In this document: positions 38,897-52,268 of the stretch, piece after piece
Layout: the number at the start of each line of letters is the position of its first letter
How positions within the stretch are numbered: position 1 is the first letter of the stretch
NCBI GenBank assembly: GCA_037447605.1
Contig: CM074805.1
Span: 4,683,361-4,747,360, forward strand
From: Zygnema circumcarinatum SAG 698-1b
Lineage: Eukaryota; Plantae; Zygnematophyceae
DNA length: 64,000 nt
Reading direction: 5' to 3'
Program-made: the position numbers and the translations under genes
Notes under the pieces: generated by a model
What the model was told of the DNA's origin: nothing
Database searches by the model: none
What the model saw: the letters and a program-made list of their open reading frames with translations, nothing else

Positions 38897-40211
38897 TGCT
38901 CGTGCACCTCTTAGATATGTACGTTTTCATATTCAGACAATCAGTCAGAGCTTGAAACTTACCTTGTCTGTATGTATTGGGGCGTATGCAGCACTGACGT
39001 CGGAGGCCGCACGTGCAATGGAAATTCGTTCTGTAACATCATCTTGTGCAGCCAATCATTACTTCGTCCCTCACATGGACGACCTTACGACACTTCTTAT
39101 GTCAAGTGCTGGAGCCGGATCTGCACGCTAAGTTCACAATTGTCGAAGTTAGGGCGAGGGCGCTTCGCTATGATCCGTGAGCAAAGCCTTTCCAAACATA
39201 ATGTGATAGACAGGCGGGAGGGTTTCTGCATGGTAGGCATGATTGGTGTGGTTTCTTCATTACTAGTAGTGTGTTCTCACAGGCACCCACGGGTATATAT
39301 GGGCGTAGCAGGAGGGCGTGGTGTGTACATAGGCAACAGGCCGGGCGGGCTCTAAGTGGTGGAGCTGTGCTTGTGAGAATGTATGGTGTGAATAGTCCCT
39401 ATATGTACATAGAACCTATTTTTCACTATGGAGGGAGCATTCGTTAGAAGTCTTGTGGCAGGGGGTTGGCTCGGCATCCATCAAAGATGGCATTCATTAG
39501 GAAGCTGCATAGTTACCGTCCTTGTTGGGCTCGACCTAAGAAGGTTGAGAAGTGGCAAGCCCAGACACTGGCAGGAAGTTGGAAGGCTGATATGTTAGTT
39601 TCATTGGGGAGCGCTGAAAGGGTACAACGAACTCACATGCGTGTGCGCTTCTCCGCAGTATTGAAACTACTCTCATGGGAACTACTGCTATTCTCTCTAG
39701 GGTTTGCATTGCAATGGTAACATGCTGTGGTGATCGACTTCATGCAATGCGGTTGAATTGCTCCCTTTGATGGAGAGTCGGTACGCCGTTCAGCATTCTC
39801 TTGCGGCGTTGACGTGACTACAACCTTTGCATTGTTAAAAACCCTAAGAAAACTGAAAACCTCTAGGAATCATCACCACTACTACGGTACAGCTGCAGTT
39901 ACTGCTGCTTCTAGCACAACCGCTATCGCTACCGCTCCCACTCCTGCTTCCTCGTGTATGTGGAAAAGAGTGAAACGACGTGAGGAAGACGTTGACCACA
40001 CAGAACAGGCAGACGCCAATGCAAATGCAGACCAACTTCAGCCCAAAACCAAGGCAAAGACAGACGCAGTTAAAGGCGTGGAGACAGAAAGGGGCACCAA
40101 CAAGGGCAGCAACAGTGACGCAGACACAGGTCACCCGATGATCATGATTTCAGCTTTAATTTCTATTAAGAACAGCACTGAAATTACATTCAGAACAAGG
40201 GCCGGGGTCTT

Positions 40212-43200
40212 CTATGCTTCAAAGGAGAAAGGCAGTTTAAGAGCGTCTAACTGACCAATGCCTGCGCCCTTAAGGTCCTCTTTGCTCTCCCCGGTCCACG
40301 GCCCTTGCAAGAAGTCCATTCCCGGAAGATACCATTCTCCTTCACCCCTTGTCAAAAATTTCGCATCTGCCACAAGTAGATACATAAATCAGCCTACGAC
40401 CAAGTCTTTCCACCAACATTCAGCAGTACGGTTGGCTCTTATTCTTATTCTCTCTCTCCCCCCTCACGTGCTTATCCTCCCTTTGAACGTTGGCTGCACA
40501 AAAGTAGTAAATGGATACAGCACTACTTTACTACAGGAAAACAGGGCTCCCCATAAGAACCAACAAATAAGAGGGGGGCGAACGGAGTGTGAATAAAAAG
40601 GTCACACCTGAGATAAACACCTTCGCATATTCCTCCTCGTCATAAAGAAACCCCGGGGGTTCGAAGTCTCCTACTCCCACAATGGTGCTCCCACTGAAAA
40701 CCATAGACCATCAAACCATAAGAATGCCATCTCCCAAATGATATTAACATCTTGCTGATTAGGAAGGGGTACGAAGCTAAGTCTAACTAAACATAAACTG
40801 CTGGTTGCTGCATGCGGTTCATGCAAGAGAAACCTAAAGACTGTTCCACTGCATTTCAGGGTTTTTTTTAGAGCTGAAATGGGTAGTTAAAAAACAGCTT
40901 ACCTTCCTGACATGAAGACTGCCCGATAACGGCCTTGTCCAGCAGCTGCTACCCTATGTTTCAACCTGCGGAGGCTCGGAAGGACTTCAAAGGCCGGAGC
41001 TTCTGCAAGTGAAGGACAACCAAAAGTCAAGTCAAGTAGACCTGTATGTTTCAGTATTCAAGGGCTTAATATTGTAAGCAAATGAATCCCATTCAAAGAG
41101 TCTCAATTCATTCATGTGCAGCACAGTTATGTGTATGCGCATCACGTATTGCGATCAAAACACAAAAGTGCCTGAGGAATTCTGCAATTTGAACATCCTT
41201 GATAAATTAATCTTCGTATAGAATCCTACATGACGCCCTACTCGCCTACCAAGGTCATTGATGCATGTGTCCTGAGTCACTCCCTCCTGCAGCACTCGCT
41301 GAAGGAGCTCTTCGGGGTCAGCTGCACTAGCAGCATCCAAGCGAAAGCGCTGCCGTCCCACCCGACATGGAGCGCTTACTCTCAGCTCTGCAAAGCAGGG
41401 CGGAATGACACTACCATTTCACAAGTGCAGTTCTGTATCCCACGCATCCATTCATCCATCCAAACTCACTTCGTGGAAAGTAGAGACCTTTTGACGTTTC
41501 TCTTACAATGCTTCCATGAAAAAGCCTTTCGCACTCCAACAGGCAGTATGAAGGTCAGGATGACCCCACTGATCGTGAAGTTGGTAAGCTATGAGTTATG
41601 AGTTGAGCATATCAAGGAAGAAACGAATAGATGTGCAAGAAAGAGCATACCCGATAGACATCAGCAGTAGAGCACTCCGCCGGTGGCTTCATTAACACTA
41701 ATGGGGTGCTGCGAATGGAGGGGATTTCCAACGGCTTCACCAACTGCGAAAAAAACAAAAGTGATAGAACTTAGACAGTGTAAATTCAATTGCTGACTTG
41801 GGAGTGCAGAGGGAAACTCTTCCCATAGACCTGTAGAAAAGGAACAAATCCTTCCCACCCAACGAAGAAAACTAGCAAAACTCAACACCTTTCCTAACAT
41901 GACAACTCTGCAGCGGCTGCAAATAGCAAGCAGGCTCTTCAATGCGCTCCCTCTCTGCAGTTCAATCTGCAACAAGGTGGCTAAAACGATATGACTGTAA
42001 TAACATCCAACTTTGGCATTCACCTCTCCTCGCCCTGTACAATAGGCTGCTCCTTGCGCAAAGAAGAAGGGAATATCCGAACCGATTTCACCCGACCACT
42101 CCTGAAGCTGCGCTTCAGTGGAGGGACTTCCACACAGCTGATTGGCTGCCCATAATGCAGTGGCTGCATTGCTGCTGCCGCCGCCTAAGCCTGCCCCTGT
42201 GGGAATATTCTTATCTAAATGAATCTGCCCTCCAGAATACCACCAAAGTACACCAATTGTCAGGTGTTTCTCAAGGGTTTCTCAAGGCGATTCTGGAAGT
42301 CTTCTAAGGGTCCTCAAGTGCGGGCTTCTAAAGTTTTTCAGGGATTGTTTGAAAGTGAATCACTACTCATCTCATACGCATAGAGCACAGTAAGCCCTTG
42401 GAGGGCACAGTAAGCAAAACGATGAGAGATTAAGCAATGGTAACTGCTCAGAATGTCGCTTGTAGAAATGGTTTTCAGCCAAAGGCAAGTTGGAAGCGAA
42501 GGAAAAGAGAAAATAACTGGTAGACATGGAAGCGACGAGCATTACCCAAAAAAATGTATTGATGCCTGTTTTCCTTCGGAAGAGGTTCAACGCCTTGATA
42601 ACCTGCAGCTCCACACTGTTTAGAATTGAATTGTTCGAGAAAAATGCCAATTTTTTTTCTCCTCCGCATCCCGACAATCTGACTGTAGTTCACAAGAAAC
42701 TAATTATAAAGTTTACCAAGCATTTCCAAGTTGCATTTGCAAATTTTCCATACACAAAAACACAAATACATCAAACTTCAGCTTTCTTCGGAACTCAAAC
42801 ATTCGGGTCGGAAAACTTATAAAGCTGCATATTCAGATCCAAAAATCTGGAACCAGCAAAACACTGTAACGCAAAACTCTCGATGTTAACAATCATAGAA
42901 ACCCTAACAATCCAAAAATCCAACAACAACATACTCACTAGATTTTTGTCATCTAGCGGCACTCCAGGAGCATTAGTGGTGAGGGAGTCTTTCACATTTG
43001 ATGGAGAAATGGAGAACCGCAAAGTATCACCCAAGTTGATCACCTGAACAAAACATCTCCTTTCGTATTTCAAACCGACAAGCACAGAATAATTTTGAGG
43101 ATATTTCGGATTCTGAGTCATGACCATCGTTTTTCTACTGCAGTTACGACAATAGTTGACATGGAGATGCACAACCTTCATATTAAAAATTTGTCCACTT

Positions 43201-44566
43201 GTAGGGAGCTGAAGCCTGTAGTGCTTCCTAAGCCACTTGAAGACTACTAAATTTTGTCTAAGCTCCATCCCTTTCGAAACTAAAACAAAATCTCGCCTCC
43301 TTCCTTTTAGAGGCATTGTCGAATCACTACAATAATTGAAAAAAAAAATAACAAGCAGAGTAGAGTCTTGTGCTTGCTAACTTGTAAGCGCCAAACAAGA
43401 AAAAAAAAATAAACAGCAAGGAAATGCACTAAAAGCTGATGCTACATGAAATGAATCTTGCTTGTGAGGAAAGGAGCGTACGTGGAAAAGTGATGCAATG
43501 TCGTGATATCCGTCAGGACGTTTGCTCGTGACCCGCAGAAAAATGTTCACCTGCAGCAGCATATGTCAAGTCAGTGATGCCTCCAAACATAAAGTCAAAC
43601 TGCTACAAAGTGTAGTAGTGTTATGCAATGTACTGCACATGCAGAAGCTGTCGGTCGTAAGCGATGCAAAACGCGCCGAATCAAGGGCGACAGAAAAGCC
43701 CTGCATTGGACATGTCTGTTCAAAACTTCATATTCCATAAGACTATCACGGCAGCCTTTTTAGACTCCAACAAAATCCGTACACAGTTGGCAACCGATGC
43801 TGCTGCGAACCTTTGCAGGAGAAAACAGTGTGATGTTGGTCATCCGCTTCTCTCGCTGAGGATCGTGTGCGTCTGCAAACTTATCGATTGTTTCTTTCGG
43901 GTTATAAATAACCTGTCATGCAGACAGACACAAGCGCACTCTGAATGACAGAGTCAGCATTCAGACATAAACAAAGTTCGAAGGGTTTCAAGTTCTGCGC
44001 CTCCTTTGCCCTACTCAGCAGTCAGCAGCACATGTTGTGGGATTGAGTGAAGCTTCAGAAACCCATTCGATAATAAGCTCATTATAGTCTGTCTTGGCAC
44101 GTCGAGGTTCCACTTCTCAGATAGAGCTAAAGCACACCTTACAATGTAAGACCTTCCGTCGCACTTTTCTACGTTATTCATAACCAAACAATACGATAAC
44201 AGAGTGCAACAAATGATGCGTGTGAATTCAGTGTCACAACATCGAATTTTACCAAAAAACCTAAAGACTAATAAAATAAAGCAAAACAAACATAAGAACA
44301 AAAAAATACAGCCAAAAGATAAAATGGTTTACTTCAATCTGCTGCCGAGAACTCTCCTCTGCAGCTTCATCACTGAAAGAACATTGAACTCTCCTCCGAA
44401 GCTTCCATTCCTTTGGACGAACGGAGGGAGCGACAGCTGTCGCCCTTCTGGAGAGACGCAAGCTTCCGCAAAAAGACCGGCCATGGCTCGCTACGCTGCC
44501 GGTTCCTTCAGCCGCTTTGCAGGCGAGCAATGTCGGCGAGACCGCCAAGGACGCCATGGCCGCCAT
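40212..44566 (-). CDS. ISPE: 4-diphosphocytidyl-2-C-methyl-D-erythritol kinase (MEP pathway), plastid-targeted
   Basis: Exon 1 (44566-44333) encodes a transit peptide. Spliced motifs: ITLFSPAK|VNIFLRVTSKRPDGYHDIASLFH|VINLGD, IHLDKNIPTGAGLGGGSSNAATALWAAN, GSDIPFFF...AYCTGRGE, CINDL|EAPAFEVLPSLRRLK, VFMSG|SGSTIVG. The last exon is 40366-40212 (TAG). Confidence 0.96.
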
Positions 44567-44808
44567 GGCCGGCGTTGCAGGATCAGAATCAGGAAATTTA
44601 AAAGGCCTCCCTCCCTCTCTTTATCTTCTGCCTTCCTCTTTTCGGAATTCCCTGTACTGCGTTTCCATGTGAGCCTGATCCACTAAATTTCGTTAAATAA
44701 GCTATATTTCGCTCACATGGAAATCATGGTGACGATGCTACTGACGTCATAGGTTGCAAACTTTTCAGCGGTCCGAGTTGCAGTTTTTTCTAAGGGAGAG
44801 AGAGAGAG

Positions 44809-47800
44809 ATGGAAGCCATGGCTGCCGCGCATACTCTTGTGAGGGAGTTTCTTCTCTTTCGGGGGTTCTCCAACACTCTTCGGGCCCTTGAATTCGACGC
44901 AGCTGCTGACAAGGGCCATGATTTCAATGTAGACCGCATCACTGAGCTGCTGTTCGTGACTTATCCTTCGCAGTACCAGCCAGAGAACATGATGAATCTG
45001 TTCAAGTTTCTCAAAGAGCGCTTCTTTTCTCGCATAGATTCAAGGTATGCCGGCATTATCGCTAAGCTCGAGAGCTCGATGAAGCGGAATTACATCGTTC
45101 GAGCTGTCCAGAGCGGGAGGATGGACCGAGTCATCGCATTCTTTGAGCTTCTTGGAGAAGAGCTCTTAGAGAGCGGAGACGATTGGGAGGCTTGGTTTGG
45201 TAAGCGATTTTCCTTTCCTTCATTTGCGTGCTAGCAGAGTACATTAGAAGTAGGAAAGACGTCATGATGGTTAAAGTCCGGGCTAGAATTAGGGTTAGGG
45301 TTAGGGTTGGAATACATTGGATGTCAAACGCCAAGTTTGGGTTATATTAAGGTTATGGGGCTTGAATAATGTAGAGCTTGGACATTATGGTTACATTTGA
45401 GGAAGCCAGTTAGGGTTATGGCCGGAATTAGTTAGGGTTAAGGATTGGAACTAGTGCCATTTTTGGAATTAGACTATAGTTCGGCACAGTTACGGTTAAT
45501 ATGCTAGAATTAAGGTTACAAGTGGACTTGAATGGGTGGGATGAGCAGTAGTAGAATCAGAAATTCACTTACCCCTCTAGGGTTGCGGAGACAGGTCGCC
45601 CCTTTTGGTTTCTAATGATTTTTTAGGTTTGTGGAGTGCAGCCATTCCCTACATGAAAAACGTGGCTGTAGAATCCCGCTTTCAAGTGTACTTTTCAAAG
45701 GATTGGCGACAAGCTCTCATTGTTTCCTTCCGCAATTTTCTCATGGAAGTCTACAGCAGCATCAATATCCTGCACAGTTACTCTAACTTCTCATCACTTT
45801 TGTGAACAATGTTGCATAGACATGCCGAGTGTGCAGCCATTTGATAGTGGAACACTGCAGACCACTTAACGTCTCGAGTCGGGAATGTCTAGGTTTTTTT
45901 CCTAGGACTTTGGCTCCTATCCCTCGTTTCAGACCATTCCATATCTACTTTTTTCAACTCCTGAAGGAAAGGATCCCTTGACATACATGATTTTCCCCAC
46001 AGCTTCCCGCCCTGTTGGAACTTCTTGAAAGGCAGAAACAGCAGCAAAGGATGGAAACTGAACTCATTCAGCTCCGTGCTGAATGCGAAAGGTTGAGATG
46101 CTCTCTGGTTGCGGAAAAAACTTCTAGTAGAAGGTGAGGTGTTGGAAGAACGGCAAAACACTTCAAAAGTCAAGCCATCCGCTTGAGACTGTAAGGTATA
46201 TCATGCTGACTTCTTCTGTTGGCATGTCTATCGCAGAACCTCGAATCACAATACCATAGAGGACAACACCAAGGAATCTCCTGGCCAATCAGAGCCCGCC
46301 AGCTGTCTGCTCAGAATTGCTGACTCTTCACAGAGTACTGCGGAAGTTGAAGATGAAGATGGGAGTGATTCTCAGCTTCTGCCAGTGTCATACCCTTATG
46401 GAATTTCACTTCCTTCTCCGAGTGGGAATTCTGTTCTCGCAAATGAAATGCCCTCTATAGAAACACCGTCTGACAGCCTTCTGAAGGAAACTCCACATGT
46501 GAAAGGAAGGGCCTTTCTGAGTGAAGAGAGTTTCCGCGATGGAGGACCCTCCGAAGGAGCGTCTCTTGCTGGTTTGTAGCAATTCGCCGTCAATTGATTT
46601 CCTCTGCGATCTCACTCTCTTTTCCTCCCTCCTTTTCCGCCTCCTCGTTGGAGAATAGTGAAACGGACTAAAGCTTTTCTTCCTCTGAACACTTTTAAGA
46701 GCCTAGCGCAACCTTAAAAGCTCAAAACTGTATATGATTAATAAATCGGAGGCCCAGGGTGCCTTAACCGTCGGAAGCTTCTTGAAGTTCTTGAATATCT
46801 GATTTGCATTGATGGTTTCATGGATCGAGCAGGAGAGGGCAGGTTGTTTGAGGAACCGAAAGAACTGGCAGTTCAGAGCGTGGTACGCCTTTCTCCCACT
46901 CCCTTGCCCTGTCTGCCTTCCTCGTCCTCTTGCTACCCCCCTCTCTCCTTCGCTTTACCTCTCCCTTCTCTCCGAATGGCCCATGTCTTCCCCGTCTTTC
47001 TCCCCCGTCGACTTTTTCACTCTCCCCCATTCCCCCCTTTCTTTCCCCCTCTCACTCTCCTTGCCGTCTTTCTCTGCCTCCCTTCTCTCGTTTCTCCCTT
47101 ACCCCCTCTCCCCCTCTCCCTATCGCTACTCTTTGCCGATATTTCTGTCCTCTCTTCGTTTCTCTCTTTCCCCTGCCTCTCTCTCTCCCCCTCTCCCTCC
47201 CCTTTCCCCCCTCCCCCATCTCTATCCTCTCTTCCCCCCACCTTACATGCAAGTCCCTGACTGGCTTTCAAGTGAGCACCAAACGTGTAACATGCACTAC
47301 TATGTTGAACATTTGTTAACTATCACTTTCTAAAGTCATGAACATTGTAGAAACCTGAAGGGGAAGTGTTTCTATTGCAGGATCGGTTTTCTGGGCACAC
47401 CAGTTCGATTTCACGGTGCCGATTTTCTGCCAGTGGAGCAAACTTCGCGAGTGCATCTGTTGACGGAACCGTCCGGTAGGTTCATATGAAACGTCATCAC
47501 CTTTGGGAGAATAGGCAACGGCTATTTTAGTTGTGTATGTGTTTTTCGGGTTTTAACTGCTCAAGAGTCAAAGAAGAATGCAAACCTGCTCCGTCTGTGT
47601 GGAATGGTTTGATGGTGTTTAATTTTGATGGCAATGAAGTGTTGGGAGAGAGGTGGAAGAGTGAAGGCGGAGGATGAGGGAAAAGATGAGACGTTGAGGA
47701 TGGGGGGGCAGAAGAGAGGAGAGAGATGCCTAAGGTTGTAGAGTTGTTGAATGAGAGTGAGGGAGTTAATTCTGCTTGGAAACAGAATATGGACTGCTGA

Positions 47801-50800
47801 TGAAACAGTTCCTGCAACACGGAATGCAACCATCTATTGCGGATCGGAGATCATGTCGCTCGAGTGGGAGATGAAATCAGATCGTTTGGTGAGTCAGATA
47901 AGTTTTAAGAAATATCTCCAAAACATAACAGAACTGTCTTCTCACTCCTTCCTTGCTCCACTCTCCTCCGTCCTATCTCATCTCTCCTCTTTCTTCGCCA
48001 CTCTCCCGTCTGCCCTCTCGCCCCTCTCCTCTCTCTCCGTCTCTTTGCCCTCTCCTTTGTTTCTCCACCCTCATCACTTTTCTGGTGAGGATAAATATAA
48101 ATCAATAAATCAATATATCAGCATATCAGGAATCCCTTCAGATTCTTGCAAAACGATGTCAGACGTAAAGGTCAAAGTTTCTTGGGCCTTCTCATTGTCT
48201 AATGCTGTAATGCTAACTAAGGTAGCATTCTTCTACTAAGGTAGGCTTTTCTCTCAAAAGCAAAGGCAGAAAGAAGGGGCCCTACCTGGACTCCTCGTTT
48301 CTTTCTTTATTCCCTTGTTCGTGCTTGTTTCCTCCTTGCCTGTTCCTTCCCTTTTCTTACTTTCCTCTTTGTTTGTTTCTTTCCAGTTCCCTTTAATCTG
48401 TTTGTTGTGGGGGGGAGAGGAGGGGCTTCTTCAGCTGCTTGTAGGAACTGCCGAAGGAAGTATAAAGGCATGGAACGTGGATGCAAAGCGAGTGGCATGT
48501 GATCTTGCGACGGCAGCAAGTTCTCCGCGGTGAGCTTTTCAAAGGTTCAAAGTTATGAAGATGTATAGGATTAGCTTGAGCTTTTAGCAATTTCACCTTG
48601 CTTTGGGGGTTCTAAGGCCATTGTTGGGCGGTAGGTTGTGGTTCATTAAGACTTTGGCCTCTACTTATTTCTGAAATTTTCGGTTTTCACCCAATTGTTG
48701 TTTTCTGCGGCTGTAAGGGTCTTCCTTCGACCCGGGGTGTTCTATCTGATTGAAGAATAAAGCTTGTCTGTCCTGCTTCGGGTGGGCGAGGAAGGGAGAG
48801 AAAGTGAGAGTGGGGAAGGAGAGGACGGGGGAAGGGGGGAGGGGGGAGGGGGGANNNNNNNNNNGGGGGAGGGAGGATGGAGGAGGGGGGATGGTTGAGG
48901 GGGGATGGTTGAGGGGGGAGGGAGGATGTAGGAAGGGAGGGACGGAGGGAGGGGGGAGGGAGGGAGGGACAGAGAGTGATGAAGGGGAGGAGGGAGGGAG
49001 AGAGGAAGAGGGAGAGGGAGAAAGAGAGGGGGTGGGGAAGGGGGAGAACTTTCAGAACTGCGTGCTATACAAGAATTAACAGACTGATTTTTTAGGATTT
49101 TTTTGCTTGAGATTTTTGCGCTGCTTCTTATTCAATTAGGTTGTTTCGTAATGTGGGGACAGAGTGGTGGATATTCGCTGCAGCCCGAGTGATGCTGTGT
49201 TTGTTTGCTCCACAGCAACTGCAAGGTGGACCCCTTTCCGCCTCCCTCCGTCCCTCCCTCCCTCCTTTCCTAGCAAGCAAGGAAAAGCCGGGAGGGAGAA
49301 GGGGAGGGGGAGAGGGGGAGAGGGGAGAAGGGGAGAGGGCGTGGAGGAGGGCTAGGGCTTCTTGTGGTTTCGAGGATTTCCATGTCCATGTTGGTGGTTG
49401 TTGTCGTTATAAGAAATGGTATAAGAGAGAGACGATGAGATTATTTACTTTCACTACGACTGCTTGCTGACTTCGTTTTATGGAGCTAAAATTGTTCAGA
49501 GGGAAAGTCCAAGGAGTGGAGGGACATGGTTACGGAACGCTAACAACATGGAGCATGCGTACATGGAAAGCACTGGTGACTGTTCTTATCCTCAATTCAC
49601 TGTATGGAGATTACTTCAGAAGAGGAAGAGAATCATTTGAAGAAGATATTTTTTTTGTTTAACTGAGGAGTTGGCCGGGAGCTATGTGGGAGTGAGAGAG
49701 GGACGAAATGGGGAGTGACGAATGGATGGAGAAATCGAGAAGAGGTGAGAGGGTGCGAGAGAAATTGGGGAGAAAAAGAGGGAAAGAGGGGGAGAGAGAG
49801 AGAGTGACAGAGAGGTTGAGAGAGGGCGAGGGAGCGGCTTCGACGTCTGCCTTTGATGAGTGTTGCCTTTGTGGTGTAGGGGCTTTGCAGAACACTCTTG
49901 CACTCGGAGAAGACCCTCCTGTTATTACCTCTCTTTGCTTTAACCACAATGGCAAAATTTTGGCAACAACCGCGACTGATGGCTTGATTCGGCTATTCGG
50001 TATGCGAGGCAGAATCGTTTTCTTTCTCAAGTGAAGAGAGAGAGATTAATAAGAACAATTTTCATGTTCCATCTTTTTTCTTCCAAATGTTCGTGAGACG
50101 TTCGAGAAATTTGTCATATGTGCTTTTGATCAATAGAAGGAATCCTTCTCAGACCTCTCCAAACTTTGTAAAGACCCTTAAAGCGTCTAATAACGTTAAA
50201 CTAAACTAAACTAAACTAAAAACTAGTCTAAACTTATCGAAGGACTTAAGTTTTAGGTCAACTCCCTAATGACCCTAAATGTTTCGAAAACGTTAAAAGC
50301 CCCGAAACAGTCAACACGTGGCTTGAAAAGGCTGAAAACAAACTTCAATATAACGTTAAACTAGCACTAAAATTCTAATTACTGGAGCTAAACCAGAAAC
50401 CAGTTGCAAGCAGATATGGTGTCCTACCTCCCTATAACGGGATGGCCTGCATACGATCACTGTGAAGCTGCCTGTGTTCGATTCAGTCACGACCAAAGCA
50501 GTCTTCTAAGCCTTGGAAGAGATGGATTAGTGAGCTCCCCAATCTCTCACCCCTCCCAACCCCCCCTTTCTTACTCTCTTTTTAGGGTTTTCAAGTTTCT
50601 TCGCGTGTATTTTTATCACTTCCTGATTTTACAAGGCGCTATCATCACTCATGTACTTACTTCTAACCTTTATCAGCATTTTAGCTTTGAGTTATAGCTT
50701 GAAGGTGGCCTCTCTCGTCCCTCTTTGTGTACATGTTTGCAGGTCCTGGAGTGGAGTGTCCACAAGCAGGGCCAAATTATTCGATCCTATGATGCAGCCA

Positions 50801-51638
50801 GGTGAGTTCAGCACAAGACAAAATGAGAATGAAAATGACAATCTCATTCACAGAATGAGATTTTTTGAAAATCACGGGAAAGCAAACTACGTTTGTTCTG
50901 AAGTACTAAGGTCTGGCTGCACCGTGCGCTTTGTCCTCCCTCCCTCTCCCTCCCTCTCCCTCCCTCTCCCTCCCTCTCCCTCCCTCCTCTGTCTCTCCAA
51001 ACTGCAGATTTTCTACCTCTAATGGCGCTGGAACACTGCCTCGGGAGGAGATGGCATTAGACTCCTCCGGGACGAGTCTACTTCTGTCATGCGATTCTCC
51101 TCAAGCTCCTCTCTTCAGTGTAATGCTCTCTTCCACTGCTCTCCATCGCCTGCCTTTCACCGTTGCTCTCCCTGTTTTTTCCCCTCTGCTCCTCCGTTCC
51201 CTCCCTCTCCCTCCTCCCATGTCGTTCCCTTTCCCCCATTTCCCTTGTTTCTCCCCTCTTTTTCTCCCTCTCCCTCCTCTGTCCCTTCGTTCCTGCCTTT
51301 CCCGCCATTTCCCTACTCTCCCTCTCCCTCCAATGTCCTCCCTCTCTCACCGCTTCCACGGCCTGCCTCTCCCTCACCCTCCTGCATCCCGTGCCCATTC
51401 TCCCCCCTTGTCCCCTCTCTCCCTTCCTCCCATCCCTCTCCCTCCCTCTCATCCCTCGCTCTCCTTCCCTTGCCTCGTCATAAAGCAGATGAAGACCGGA
51501 GAAGTCAGTTGTGCTCCTCGCCATGAAGGCTCCGTTACATCCGTTGATTGGCATCCCATCAACCCCATCTTCTTAACTGCTTCAACAGACCATTCCGTAC
51601 ATGTAACACGCTTAGCTCCATCACATGCCCATGCATAA
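44809..51638 (+). CDS. WDR91: WD repeat-containing protein 91
   Basis: N-terminus LVREFLLFRGFSNTLRALE...FNVDRITELLF, then SFRNFL...LPALL, FSGHTSSISRCRFSASG, RNATIYCGSEIMSLEW, KAWNVDAKRV, ITSLCFNHNGKILA, GWPAYD, HEGSVTSVDWHP. About 14 exons, including a U12 AT-AC intron at 45765-46000. Confidence 0.92.
45765..46000 (+). other. U12-type (minor spliceosome) AT-AC intron in WDR91
   Basis: 5' splice site ATATCCTG at 45765, branch site TCCCTTGAC at 45974-45982, 3' end CCCCAC at 46000. The join A|AG gives the in-frame sequence SFRNFLMEVYSSIKLPALLEL. Confidence 0.88.
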
Positions 51639-52268
51639 GGGGCCTTTTTTTCCCTTTTCTGGTGCTCACTTCCTTCATTAATCTCCTGATGTCTTTTTTT
51701 TTGTTCGATTGATTTATACGAGCCGCCTATTTTAGCAGGACCCTAGCAAGCATATTCCAGGTTTTTGCACTACAAATTTTAGGGTTTGCGAAGGTTCAGA
51801 TTCGTTTTGTTTCAGAGCAAATTAGGGAGTTCGGAAGCCACGATTAGGGCCTTTCCTACTTTTGGCTTATAACTGAACTTTGTGTAGAGTGGGAAAGAGA
51901 ACAAACTATCATTGACCACTTGGCAGTAATCGGCATTGTTCTACAATTGAAACTTGCAAACTCCATAACATGGTGACGATCCAAAAAAGGCCGAACTGAT
52001 TGTTCTACTTCACTCCTATGCCGTCCTGTGCCTGGCCCTAAAGCTGAAAGCTATGCTCCTAGACTCGACCAATGCACCCCTGCCACGTGACGGACATCTG
52101 ACCAATGGTCATGAACAAAAAGTGCCGACAGTAAAACTAGAAAGGAACAAAACATCGGCGTACTAATAAAGAATTGGCTTGAACTGCTTTCACAGAGCGA
52201 AGCCTGAAGAGTGTCATGGTGCATCACTGCCTGAGGTGGTTTACTGCGTTGGAAGGCACATGAAACTG

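Noticed and set aside
39814-40254. 146-aa plus-strand ORF (TTA/DAN-rich)
   Set aside because: It lies antisense to the ISPE 3' end and UTR, is low-complexity, and has no splice or homology support.
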